From an uncultured Desulfocurvus sp. (GTDB lineage Bacteria > Desulfobacterota > Desulfovibrionia > Desulfovibrionales > Desulfovibrionaceae): DNA of 64,000 nucleotides. Below, piece after piece: positions 50,036-58,383 of this stretch (within the stretch, counting starts at the first letter, position 1; every line of letters starts with the position of its first letter). Below the pieces are notes generated by a model that did no database searches, was not told where the DNA came from, and saw nothing but the letters and a program-made list of their open reading frames with translations. The position numbers and the translations under genes were made by a program. The stretch is from assembly GCA_964390575.1 (NCBI GenBank), contig CAYMIP010000004.1:2262-66261 (forward strand), given 5' to 3'.

Positions 50036-50078
50036 TTGCTGCGGTTTTGTGGCGGGAACCGCCGCGAAACCGCAGCAA
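50036..50078. other. Composite nested hairpin (12-bp outer plus 5-bp inner stem)
   Basis: TTGCTGCGGTTT-...GGCGG-GAA-CCGCC...-AAACCGCAGCAA in the era-ndh intergenic region. Confidence 0.6.
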
Positions 50079-50091
50079 AATGGGGAGACCA

Positions 50092-50143
50092 GAGGGCCTC
50101 AGGCCCTTTGGCGGGGGGTGCAGGGGGCAGAGCCCCCTGAGAG
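50092..50143 (+). repeat. REP-like repeat related to type 2 (AGGGCC..GGCCCTTTGG module)
   Basis: GAGGGCCTCAGGCCCTTTGGCGGGGGGTGCAGGGGGCAGAGCCCCCTGAGAGG. Shares GGCCCTTTGG and the terminal TGAGAGG with the copies at 58271 and 59290. Confidence 0.55.
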
Positions 50144-50152
50144 GACACGCCC

Positions 50153-51436
50153 ATGCAGCAGCACAGGCCGCGCGTCATCATCGTGGGCGCCGGGTTCGCC
50201 GGGATCTTTGCCGCGCGCGAGCTGGCCGGGGCCGAGGCTGACGTGCTCCTCATCGACCGCAACAACGCCCACGCCTTCCTGCCGCTGCTCTACCAGGTGG
50301 CCACTGCGGCCGTGGAGTCCGAGCACATCGCCGCGCCAGTGCGCGGCATCATCCGCGCCATGGGCCGCCGCGCCGCGAACCTGGACTTCTGCATGGCCGA
50401 GGTGCGCGGCGTGGACTTCAAGGGGCGTCTCGTCCTGGCTGAGGGCCAGGACGGCCAAAGCCTGGCCCTGCCCTACGACTATCTTCTGCTCGCGCCCGGC
50501 AGCGTGACCAACACCTTCGGGGTGCCCGGCGCGGACGAGCAGGCTTTCTCGCTCAAGAACCTGGAGGAGGCCGTGCGTTTGCGCAACCACATCCTGCGCA
50601 GCTTCGAGGCCGCGGCCTGGACAGCGGACGCGGACATGCGCCAGCACAAGCTCTGCTTCGTGGTGGTGGGCGGCGGGCCCACGGGGGTGGAGCTGGCCGG
50701 GGCCATGGCCGAGCTCATGGCCGGGGCCTTGCGCCGCGATTTTCCCCGGCTCGGGCTGGCCAGTCCCTGCGTGACCCTGCTGGAGGCCTCGGACGGCCTC
50801 TTGCCCGGATTTCCCCAACGGCTCCGGGACTATGCCCGGCAGAAGCTCGAGGCCCTGGGCGTGGATGTGCGCACGCGCGCGCAGGTTGAGCGCGTGACGG
50901 AGCAGGGCGCGTTTCTTCAGGACGGCAGCGCGTGTCTGGCGGCCACGGTGGTCTGGACCGCCGGGGTCAAGGGTGAACCCGTGGCCGCGCGCCTGGGCCT
51001 GGCCGTGGCCGGGAACGGCCAGGTGCTGACGCTACCCACGCTCCAGGCCCAGGCGCAGCCCGAGATCTTTCTGGCCGGGGACATCTGCCGGGCCGAGCAT
51101 GAGGGCCGACCCCTGCCCATGTTTGCGCCCCCGGCCATCCAGGAGGGCCGCCACGCGGCGCAAAACATCCTGCGCCTGCTGCGCGGGCAGGAGCCCACGC
51201 GGTTCCGGTATGTGGACAAGGGAATGATGGCCACCATCGGCAAGAAGGCCGCAGTGGTGCGCCTGGGGCGGGTTTCCTTCACGGGTCTGCCCGCCTGGCT
51301 GCTCTGGCTGGCGGTGCACCTGACCTCTCTCATCGGCTTCCGCAACCGGCTCTTTGTCCTGGCCAACTGGGCCGTGGACTACTTTTTGTCCGAGCGTTGC
51401 GTGCGGCTCATCAGCAGAAAGAACCCGCTGGCCTGA
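50153..51436 (+). CDS. ndh: Type II NADH dehydrogenase (NDH-2)
   Basis: 'RVIIVGAGFAGIFAAREL', 'FLPLLYQVA', second dinucleotide fold 'FVVVGGGPTGVELAGA', 'FLAGD' and a C-terminal membrane-anchor helix. Confidence 0.88.
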   Translation: MQQHRPRVIIVGAGFAGIFAARELAGAEADVLLIDRNNAHAFLPLLYQVATAAVESEHIAAPVRGIIRAMGRRAANLDFCMAEVRGVDFKGRLVLAEGQDGQSLALPYDYLLLAPGSVTNTFGVPGADEQAFSLKNLEEAVRLRNHILRSFEAAAWTADADMRQHKLCFVVVGGGPTGVELAGAMAELMAGALRRDFPRLGLASPCVTLLEASDGLLPGFPQRLRDYARQKLEALGVDVRTRAQVERVTEQGAFLQDGSACLAATVVWTAGVKGEPVAARLGLAVAGNGQVLTLPTLQAQAQPEIFLAGDICRAEHEGRPLPMFAPPAIQEGRHAAQNILRLLRGQEPTRFRYVDKGMMATIGKKAAVVRLGRVSFTGLPAWLLWLAVHLTSLIGFRNRLFVLANWAVDYFLSERCVRLISRKNPLA

Positions 51437-51487
51437 GGCGGCTGGCGCCGGGCGCCAGCCCGGACCATCCGCCCGGACCAGCCACCC

Positions 51488-51523
51488 GGACCTGGGCGCT
51501 GCCAAAGGGTGGCGCCCAGGTCC
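51488..51523. terminator. 12-bp stem hairpin between convergent ndh and yqjK-like genes
   Basis: GGACCTGGGCGC-(12-nt loop)-GCGCCCAGGTCC. No flanking U-tract, so terminator function is uncertain. Confidence 0.3.
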
Positions 51524-51544
51524 GGGGAAGCTGAACAGGGGTGG

Positions 51545-51763
51545 TTACGAGCCCTGATCCCTGCGTTTGCGCAGGTAGCCGAGGACGAGCCCGGACACCT
51601 GGAGGCCGAGGCTGAAGCCAAGGCTCGCATAGGAGAGCTTGCGGCGCACCGCCGCCCAGGCCGCGTGGGCCTCCAGCAGGACCAGCTGCCGACGCAGGTC
51701 GCAGCGTGTGCTGAGGCGCGCCTTGGCCGCCTGGATTTCCCGCAGGTCGCTGTCTAGAAACAT
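51545..51763 (-). CDS. YqjK-like small protein
   Basis: 72 aa from ATG 51763, overlapping the upstream gene by 10 nt. 'RCDLRRQLVLLEAHAAW' helix plus a C-terminal TM. The third gene of a yqjD-yqjE-yqjK-type triad. Confidence 0.55.
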   Translation of the reverse strand: MFLDSDLREIQAAKARLSTRCDLRRQLVLLEAHAAWAAVRRKLSYASLGFSLGLQVSGLVLGYLRKRRDQGS

Positions 51764-52131
51764 GCCTTGTCCTTTTCCAGTTCCGCCATGCTTTGGGCAA
51801 AGACGCCGGGCCTGGCCATCAGCCGCTGGCGCAGGGAGCAGAGCGCCACCCCGCCCGCCAGCAGCGCCGCCACGGCCGCAAGGGTCAGCCCGGCCAGCCG
51901 CCATTCGGCCGGCAGGGCGGAGATCCCGGCCACGACCAGCAGAAGCAGCCCGAACAGGACCAGCGCCGTGCCCAGAAAGGCCAGGATCAGCACCTGGATG
52001 ATGCGGATCTTGTCCTCGCGCAGTTCCAGGGCCATGAGCTCCAGACGGTCCCTCAGGATCTCGGCGGCCTGGCCGCCCAGCCGCCCTGCGGCCCCGGCGA
52101 GCTCCAGAAGAGCAGAGGACACCCCGGACAT
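51754..52131 (-). CDS. YqjE-like (Holin-X/DUF1469) inner-membrane protein
   Basis: 'RDRLELMALELREDKIRIIQVLILAFLGTALVLFGLLLLVVAG' with two TM helices. Position after the ElaB/YqjD-like gene. Confidence 0.7.
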   Translation of the reverse strand: MSGVSSALLELAGAAGRLGGQAAEILRDRLELMALELREDKIRIIQVLILAFLGTALVLFGLLLLVVAGISALPAEWRLAGLTLAAVAALLAGGVALCSLRQRLMARPGVFAQSMAELEKDKACF

Positions 52132-52132
52132 G

Positions 52133-52441
52133 CTACTTCCTCGACAGGACCCAGCCGAGCAGCAGGCCCACGATGAAAGTCCCGCCGATGACGTAGTAGG
52201 GCTTGTCCTGGACCATCTTGTCGGCGTCGCCAGCGGCGCTCTTCATGGTGTCCAGGAAGCGGCCCTCATAGGTGCCGTACTTGTCCTTGGCCACGTCCAG
52301 GTATTCGGACAGCGTCTTGCGCGCCTTCTTCACCTGCTCGTCGACCTCACCGCTGGTGGCCTCCAGAAGCGCGCGGGAGTGCTGCATGATCTCGTGCAGT
52401 TCGGCGTTCATCCGCTCGGTATTGCTCAGAGACTTTTCCAT
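52133..52441 (-). CDS. ElaB/YqjD/DUF883-family membrane-anchored protein
   Basis: 102 aa. Helical N-terminus ('ELHEIMQHSRALLEATSGEVDEQVKKARKTL') and C-terminal TM 'YYVIGGTFIVGLLLGWVL'. Confidence 0.8.
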   Translation of the reverse strand: MEKSLSNTERMNAELHEIMQHSRALLEATSGEVDEQVKKARKTLSEYLDVAKDKYGTYEGRFLDTMKSAAGDADKMVQDKPYYVIGGTFIVGLLLGWVLSRK

Positions 52442-52730
52442 ACGTTTGTCCTCCTTGGAATGTGTCAGGGCCGGACGAGATGCCCGCCCAATGGGTCGTC
52501 ATATCTCTCCATGTGCATCCCATATAACACGCTTCGCGTGGCTTTGTCGATGTTTGTGCAGGGCATTTTCACTTTTCTGCGCCCAGGGCGACCTGACCCC
52601 TGCAGTCCCTGCCCTCCCCCGTTTACCTGCGCGCGGTTTTGCTCTAGAAGGACGGCAGGCGGGCCACCCGCCTGCGGGACGTACGTCTGCGTAACGCACG
52701 CCAAACGGCCAGACACAGCGGCCAGACAGA

Positions 52731-53921
52731 ATGGACGGACATCTGATGCGCATCTCCGACAGACTCAAGAAGCTCAAGCCCTCGGCCACCCTGGCCGTCA
52801 ACGCCAAGGCCCAGGAGCTCAGAGCCCAGGGCCGCGAGGTCATCAGCCTGGCCGTGGGCGAGCCGGACTTCGGCACGCCCCTGCACGTTTGCCTGGCCGC
52901 CAAAAAGGCCATCGACGACGGCTTCACCCGCTACACCCCGGTGCCGGGCATTCCGGACCTGCGCGCGGCCATCGCCGGGTACTACAGCCAGTTCTACGGG
53001 GTCGGCGCCAAGGCCGAGAACACCATGGCCAGCACCGGCGGCAAGCAGGTGCTCTACAACCTGCTCATGGCCCTCATTAATCCGGGCGACGAGGTGCTCA
53101 TCCCCGCGCCCTACTGGGTGAGCTATCCGCCCATGGTGGAGCTGGCGGGCGGGCTGCCCGTCATCGTGCCCACCACGCCCGAGAGCGGCTTCCTCGTCAC
53201 CGTGCGCGACCTGGAGGCCGCCTGCACTCCGCGCACTGCGGTGCTCCTGTTGAACACGCCAAGCAACCCCACGGGCGGCCACTATAGCCAGGACGCCCTG
53301 GACGTCATCGCCCGCTGGGCCAAGGCGCGCGGCATCTTCATCATCTCCGACGAGGTCTACGACCGCCTGGTCTACGAGCCCGCCAAGCCCAGCACCTGCT
53401 CTGGCTTCTGGCAGCGGCACCCGGAGCACGTGGCCGTGGTGGGCGCGCTGTCCAAGAGCTTTTGCATGACCGGCTGGCGCATGGGCTGGCTGCTCGGCCA
53501 CGCCGACCTGGTCAAGGCCTGCACCAAGATCCAGGGCCAGAGCACCTCGAACATCACCAGCATCACCCAGAAGGCGGCCCTTGCGGCCCTGACCGGCCCC
53601 TGGGACCTGGTGGAGGAGATGAAGACGGCTTTTGTGCGCCGCCGCGACCTGGCGCTTTCCGTCATCCGCTCCTGGCCGGGCGTCACCTGCCCCAAGCCCG
53701 ACGGCGCGTTCTACCTCTTCCCGGTGCTGGACAGCTACTACACCAGGGAGACGCCGGACTCCGCCGCGCTGTGCACCAAGTTTCTGGAGGAGGCTGGCGT
53801 GGCGCTGGTGCCGGGCTCGGCCTTCGGCGACGACCGCTGCGTGCGCTTCTCCTACGCCGTGGCCGACGAGGTGCTCCTGAGCGCCCTGGCCAAGGTGGGC
53901 AAGGTTCTGCTCGGCACGTGA
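52731..53921 (+). CDS. Aspartate/aromatic aminotransferase (class I PLP)
   Basis: 'SLAVGEPDFGTP', 'RYTPVPGIPDLR', 'NTPSNPTGG', 'SDEVYDRLVY', 'ALSKSFCMTGWRMGW' (PLP Lys) and 'RFSYA'. Alternative ATG at 52746. Confidence 0.9.
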   Translation: MDGHLMRISDRLKKLKPSATLAVNAKAQELRAQGREVISLAVGEPDFGTPLHVCLAAKKAIDDGFTRYTPVPGIPDLRAAIAGYYSQFYGVGAKAENTMASTGGKQVLYNLLMALINPGDEVLIPAPYWVSYPPMVELAGGLPVIVPTTPESGFLVTVRDLEAACTPRTAVLLLNTPSNPTGGHYSQDALDVIARWAKARGIFIISDEVYDRLVYEPAKPSTCSGFWQRHPEHVAVVGALSKSFCMTGWRMGWLLGHADLVKACTKIQGQSTSNITSITQKAALAALTGPWDLVEEMKTAFVRRRDLALSVIRSWPGVTCPKPDGAFYLFPVLDSYYTRETPDSAALCTKFLEEAGVALVPGSAFGDDRCVRFSYAVADEVLLSALAKVGKVLLGT

Positions 53922-53960
53922 CCCGGCCCTGACACAGCAAACCCGTAGAGGGGGACTCCC

Positions 53961-55364
53961 ATGACCGCAGGTTCGACGCATCTGGACATTCTGGACTGGA
54001 CCAACGCCTCGTGGGAGCGCCTGCCCACCTCGCCCTCCCTGCGCGCCCGCGCCGGGGAGATGGCGGCCCGGCTTGCGGGCGAAGTCGCTGCGGGCAGGCT
54101 GCCGTTTCTGGCCCTGCCCTTCATGGCGGCCCTGGAAAAGGATCTGGCCGAGCTGGAGTCCGGGTTTCTGAAGCGCTTCGAGCACATGCTGCTTTTGGGC
54201 ATTGGCGGCTCGGCGCTGGGGGCGCGCGCCCTGCAAAAGGCCTTTGCCCCGTCCCAGGACCTGCCCGGGCACAGCGGCAAAAGCCTCTGGATCATGGACA
54301 ACGTGGACGCGGGCGTGCTTCAAGCGCACCTGGACCGCCTGCCGCCGGACAAGACCCTGGTCTATGTGGTCAGCAAGTCCGGCGACACCATCGAAACCAT
54401 CGGCCAGTACTTCCTGGTCAAGCAGTGGCTGAAGGCGGCCCTGCCCGGCGCCTGGAAGGACCACCTGCTGCTCAACACCGACGAGAACAAGGGCTACCTG
54501 CGCGAGGAGGCCAGCGCCTTCGGCATGCGCACCCTGCCCGTGCCGGACAACCTGGGCGGCCGCTACTCGGCGCTCTCCGCCGTGGGCCTGGTGCCGGCCG
54601 CGTTCCTGGGCCTGGACTGGCGGGGGCTGGTGCGCGGCTTTAAGGAAGTGGCCGCGCCCCTGGCCGAGCCCGTCCTCGCGGGCAAGGGGCTCGACGCCGC
54701 CACCCTCGCGGCGCACCCGGCCTTTGAGTTCGCGGTCTGGGGCAAGGCCCTTATGGATGCGGGCTACAGCGAGCTCATCACCTTCTTCTACATCCCGCAG
54801 TGGGCCAGCTTCGCGGACTGGTTCGCGCAGCTCTGGGCCGAGAGCCTGGGCAAGGACGGACAGGGCTCCCAGCCCATCCCGGCCGTGGGCGCCACGGACC
54901 AGCACAGCGTGAACCAGATGTTTCTGGACGGCCCGCGCAACAAGGCCTGCCTGTTCGTGGAGCGGTCCTCCTCAGCACAGGGCGGCCCTCCGGGCCTGGC
55001 CTTCCCCCAGGACATGCCCGGCATCTTCGACTACTTGCAGGGCAAGCGCTTTGGCGAACTTCTGCCCGCCCTGGCCCTGGGCACGCGCATGGCGCTCACC
55101 CAGAGCCAGGTGCCGCTGGTAGCCTTGCGCCTGGGCCAGGACGACGCCCGCGCCGCAGGCAAGATGATGGCGCTCTTGGGCGCGGCCACGCTGCTCACCG
55201 GCTGGCTCATGGGCATCAACCCCGTGGACCAGCCCGCCGTGGAGCTGGGCAAGCGCCTGGCCAAGGCGCGTCTGGGCGCTTCCGGCCTGGCCGAGGAGAA
55301 GGCTGCGCTCGCCGCCTTTACGGGTCTTGGCGGCACCGGCGGCCGCGACGAGCGGGGGTTCTAG
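53961..55364 (+). CDS. pgi: Glucose-6-phosphate isomerase
   Basis: 'LLLGIGGSALGARAL', 'VVSKSGDTIETI', 'NLGGRYSALSAVGL' and 'VGATDQHSVNQMFLDG'. Confidence 0.9.
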   Translation: MTAGSTHLDILDWTNASWERLPTSPSLRARAGEMAARLAGEVAAGRLPFLALPFMAALEKDLAELESGFLKRFEHMLLLGIGGSALGARALQKAFAPSQDLPGHSGKSLWIMDNVDAGVLQAHLDRLPPDKTLVYVVSKSGDTIETIGQYFLVKQWLKAALPGAWKDHLLLNTDENKGYLREEASAFGMRTLPVPDNLGGRYSALSAVGLVPAAFLGLDWRGLVRGFKEVAAPLAEPVLAGKGLDAATLAAHPAFEFAVWGKALMDAGYSELITFFYIPQWASFADWFAQLWAESLGKDGQGSQPIPAVGATDQHSVNQMFLDGPRNKACLFVERSSSAQGGPPGLAFPQDMPGIFDYLQGKRFGELLPALALGTRMALTQSQVPLVALRLGQDDARAAGKMMALLGAATLLTGWLMGINPVDQPAVELGKRLAKARLGASGLAEEKAALAAFTGLGGTGGRDERGF

Positions 55365-55367
55365 CCC

Positions 55368-56837
55368 TTGGGCATCTACAAGAGCCTGTTGGGGACGCAC
55401 AAGCCCCTGCAGTTCGTGAAGGTCCTGACCTGGACCTTCCTTATCCTGATCCTGGTGACCAACCTGGGCCTGGCCGTGTTCTTGTCCAAGTACGCCGAGC
55501 GCGTGCTGCTGGAGAAGCAGAAGGAGTTCGGCCTGCTGCTGGCCGAGAACCTCTCGCACCAGATCTTCACGCGCTTCACCCTGCCCACCATCATCGGCTA
55601 CGGGCAGATCTCCCTGCGCAACCCGGAGCAGTTCACACGGCTCGATCAGGTGGTGCGCACCACCATCCACAGCTTCCACGTGCGCGAGGTGCGCATCTAC
55701 GACCCCGAGTTCCGCATCACCTACAGCACGGACCCGAACCTGGTGACGCGCACGGGCCTGGCCGGGGAGGGCGTCAAGCGCGCCTTCACCCTGGAGGAGC
55801 CGAGCTTCGAGCTGTTCAGCAGCGTTTCCGTGGTCACGGCCCTGTTCCGGCTGGAGCTCAAGCCCGGCAGCGTGCTCATGCGCGGGCACGCGCCCCTGCG
55901 CCTGGAGCGCAGCTTCGGACCCGGGGTCAAGAATCCCATCATGGGCATTCTGGAGTTCAGCCAGGACATCACCGAGGACTACATGTCCGTGGTCAACTTC
56001 GAGCGCCTGGTCTACTCGTCCTCGCTTCTGACCAGCATGGTCCTGTTCTTCCTCATCGTGTCCATCCTGCGCCGGGCCGACCGCATGGGCGCAGAGCGTC
56101 AGGCCGAGAAGGAGAAGCTGCTGCGCGAGCTGCACCAGCAGGAGAAGCTGGCGGGCATGGGCCGCATGGTGGCCGGCGTGGCCCACGAGATAAGAAACCC
56201 GCTGGGCATCATCCAGAGCAGCGCCGAGCTGGTGCTCAAGAAGGCCAAGGCCGACAACCATCCGCACACGCGCATCATCGAGGCCATCTACGACGAGTCC
56301 CGGCGGCTCTCGCGCACGGTGAACGACTTTCTGGACTATGCCCGGCCGCGCCAGCCGCGCATGGCCGAGGTGGACATCTGCCGCATTCTGGAGCAGGCGG
56401 CGGTGTTCCTGGAGCGCGAGTGCGAGGCCAAGGGCATCCGCCTGGAGCGCGACTGCCCGCCCGGCACCGGCGTGCTCGGCGACAAGGACCTGCTCTACCG
56501 CGCGGTGTACAATGTGCTGGGCAACGCCATGCAGGCCATGACCGAGGGCGGGCTGCTCCAGGTGGCTGTGCGGCCCGTGGTCCCGGCGGAGGGCGGGGCG
56601 CCTGCCGAGGGCGGCCCCTGGCTGGCGGTCAGCGTGCGTGACTCCGGCTCGGGCTTCGACGAGGGCAACCTGGACAAGATGAAGGATCCCTTCTTCAGCA
56701 CCAAGGACACGGGTACTGGCCTGGGCCTGGCCATCGTCACCAGCATCGTGGAGAGCCACGGCGGGCGGGTGGTTTTGCAGAACCATCCCGAGGGCGGGGC
56801 CGTGGTCACGCTGATCCTGCGCGCCGCAATGGGGTAG
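55368..56837 (+). CDS. Membrane sensor histidine kinase (NtrB/AtoS-like)
   Basis: TM 'LTWTFLILILVTNLGLAVFL', second TM, H-box 'GVAHEIRNPLGII', 'NVLGNAMQAM', 'DSGSGF' and 'GTGLGLAIV'. Only a TTG start is available (55368, 3 nt after the pgi stop), so the start is uncertain. Confidence 0.85.
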   Translation: MGIYKSLLGTHKPLQFVKVLTWTFLILILVTNLGLAVFLSKYAERVLLEKQKEFGLLLAENLSHQIFTRFTLPTIIGYGQISLRNPEQFTRLDQVVRTTIHSFHVREVRIYDPEFRITYSTDPNLVTRTGLAGEGVKRAFTLEEPSFELFSSVSVVTALFRLELKPGSVLMRGHAPLRLERSFGPGVKNPIMGILEFSQDITEDYMSVVNFERLVYSSSLLTSMVLFFLIVSILRRADRMGAERQAEKEKLLRELHQQEKLAGMGRMVAGVAHEIRNPLGIIQSSAELVLKKAKADNHPHTRIIEAIYDESRRLSRTVNDFLDYARPRQPRMAEVDICRILEQAAVFLERECEAKGIRLERDCPPGTGVLGDKDLLYRAVYNVLGNAMQAMTEGGLLQVAVRPVVPAEGGAPAEGGPWLAVSVRDSGSGFDEGNLDKMKDPFFSTKDTGTGLGLAIVTSIVESHGGRVVLQNHPEGGAVVTLILRAAMG

Positions 56838-56898
56838 GCCGGGGCCGTCACGCCGCCCCCCAGGCAAGAGACCGGTAACAGCATCACGGAGCACGCAC

Positions 56899-58272
56899 AT
56901 GTCAGGCAATATTCTCATTCTGGACGACGAGCAGAACTACCTGCTCGTGCTCGACGCCATCCTGTCCGACGCGGGCTACAAGGTCACCACCCTGTCCGAC
57001 CCGGAGATGGGCCTGGCCTTTCTCGAGGAATCCGAGGTCGACGTGGTGGTGACGGACATGAAGATGCCCAAGCTCACGGGCAAGGAGGTGCTCGACCACG
57101 TCAAGAAGCACTATTCCTACATCCCGGTGCTCATCATGACCGCCTTCGGCAGCATCGAGGCCGCAGTGGAGGCCATGCGCACCGGCGCCTTTGACTACAT
57201 CACCAAGCCCTTCTCCAACGAGGAGCTGCTGCTCTCCATCTCCAAGGCCATGCAGTTCGCCCGGGCCCAGCAGGAGAACCGCCACCTGCGCAGGCAGATC
57301 CAGGAGCGCTTCGGCCCGGAGAACATCGTGGCGCGCGACAAGAGCATGCGCCACGTGCTGGACATGGTCCACCGCGCCGCGCCCAGCCGCAGCACCGTGC
57401 TCGTCACGGGCGAGTCCGGCACGGGCAAGGAGCTTGTGGCCAAGGCCATCCACAACCAGTCCCCGCGCAAGGACGGGCCGTTCATCTCGGTCAACTGCAT
57501 GGCGCTCAATCCCGGCGTGCTGGAGAGCGAGCTCTTCGGGCATGAGAAGGGCAGCTTCACCGGCGCGGTGTCGCGGCGGCGCGGGCGCTTCGAGCTGGCG
57601 GACAAGGGCACCCTGTTTCTGGACGAGATCGGCGAGCTCTCCCACGACATGCAGGTGAAGCTGCTGCGCGTGTTGCAGGAGCGCCGCTTCGAGCGCGTGG
57701 GCGGCACCGACTCCATCGAGGTGGACATCCGCATCGTGGCCGCCACCAACCGCGACCTGACCAAGGCCATTGTGGACGGCCGCTTCCGCGAGGATTTGTT
57801 CTACCGCCTGAACGTGGTCAGCATCCATCTCCCTCCATTACGGGAGCGGCGCGAGGACATCCCGTTTCTGGCCGCGCACTTCCTGGACCGCTATGCTGCG
57901 GAGAACGGGCGCGAGCTCAAGGGCTTCACCGCGCGCGCCATGGACTACCTCTCGGCCTACGAATGGCCGGGCAACGTGCGCCAGCTGGAGAACGTCATCG
58001 AGCGCTGCGTGGTGCTCTCCTCCACCGACACCGTGGACGCCGAGGACCTGCCGCCGGAGATTCGGGACGAGGAGTCGCAGTTCAAGAGCGCCGTGGACCT
58101 CTTGCCCACCAAGCTGGACCTCTCCGAGACCCTGGAAAAGATCGAGGCGGCGGTGATCCGCCGGGCCCTGGTCCGGGCCGACTTCGTGCAGGTCAAGGCG
58201 GCGGAGCTCTTGAACGTGTCCAAGAGCCTGCTCCAGTACAAGCTCAAGAAGTACAATATTTCAGCGAAGTAG
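56899..58272 (+). CDS. NtrC-family sigma-54-dependent response regulator (REC-AAA+-HTH)
   Basis: 'ILILDDE...VVVTDMKMPKLTG', 'VLVTGESGTGKE', 'ELFGHEKGSFTGA', 'GTLFLDEIGE', 'GNVRQLEN' and HTH 'KAAELLNVSKSLLQYKLKK'. Confidence 0.93.
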   Translation: MSGNILILDDEQNYLLVLDAILSDAGYKVTTLSDPEMGLAFLEESEVDVVVTDMKMPKLTGKEVLDHVKKHYSYIPVLIMTAFGSIEAAVEAMRTGAFDYITKPFSNEELLLSISKAMQFARAQQENRHLRRQIQERFGPENIVARDKSMRHVLDMVHRAAPSRSTVLVTGESGTGKELVAKAIHNQSPRKDGPFISVNCMALNPGVLESELFGHEKGSFTGAVSRRRGRFELADKGTLFLDEIGELSHDMQVKLLRVLQERRFERVGGTDSIEVDIRIVAATNRDLTKAIVDGRFREDLFYRLNVVSIHLPPLRERREDIPFLAAHFLDRYAAENGRELKGFTARAMDYLSAYEWPGNVRQLENVIERCVVLSSTDTVDAEDLPPEIRDEESQFKSAVDLLPTKLDLSETLEKIEAAVIRRALVRADFVQVKAAELLNVSKSLLQYKLKKYNISAK

Positions 58273-58351
58273 GGGGGAGGCATCGGCCTCCGGCGGCCAC
58301 AGGGCCCTCTTTTTTGAGGGGGGGCCCCTTGGAATCCCCAGGGGTGAGAGG
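58271..58351 (+). repeat. REP-like repeat, type 2 (GTAG head, GCCTCCGGCGGCC core, hairpin, TTGGAATCCCC tail)
   Basis: (GT)AGGGGGGAGGCATCGGCCTCCGGCGGCCACAGGGCCCTC-T6-GAGGGGGGGCCCCTTGGAATCCCCAGGGGTGAGAGG. Its TAG is the stop codon of the NtrC-family gene. Confidence 0.8.
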
Positions 58352-58383
58352 CTGGATTGCGCGCAGGCGGAGGAGGAGAACTC

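Noticed and set aside
51459-51493. Three CCCGGACC direct repeats at 13-bp spacing downstream of ndh.
   Set aside because: The motif is a short GC-rich octamer in a GC-rich spacer, it overlaps ordinary hairpins (51453-51471 and 51488-51523), and 13-bp spacing has no helical phasing. It is probably chance or terminator-associated.
52644-54905. 753-aa ORF on the minus strand, plus similar giants: 54972-56918(-), 29696-31684(+), 31880-33622(+), 3644-5635(-), 6784-8439(+), 17827-19764(-), 19841-21724(+), 23073-24776(+), 24601-26313(+), 46349-47902(-).
   Set aside because: All are antisense to genes with unmistakable conserved motifs (aspartate aminotransferase, pgi, kinases and so on). All are Arg/Gly/Ala/Pro/His-rich with no recognisable motifs. 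This is typical stop-codon-poor antisense frames of roughly 65% GC DNA.
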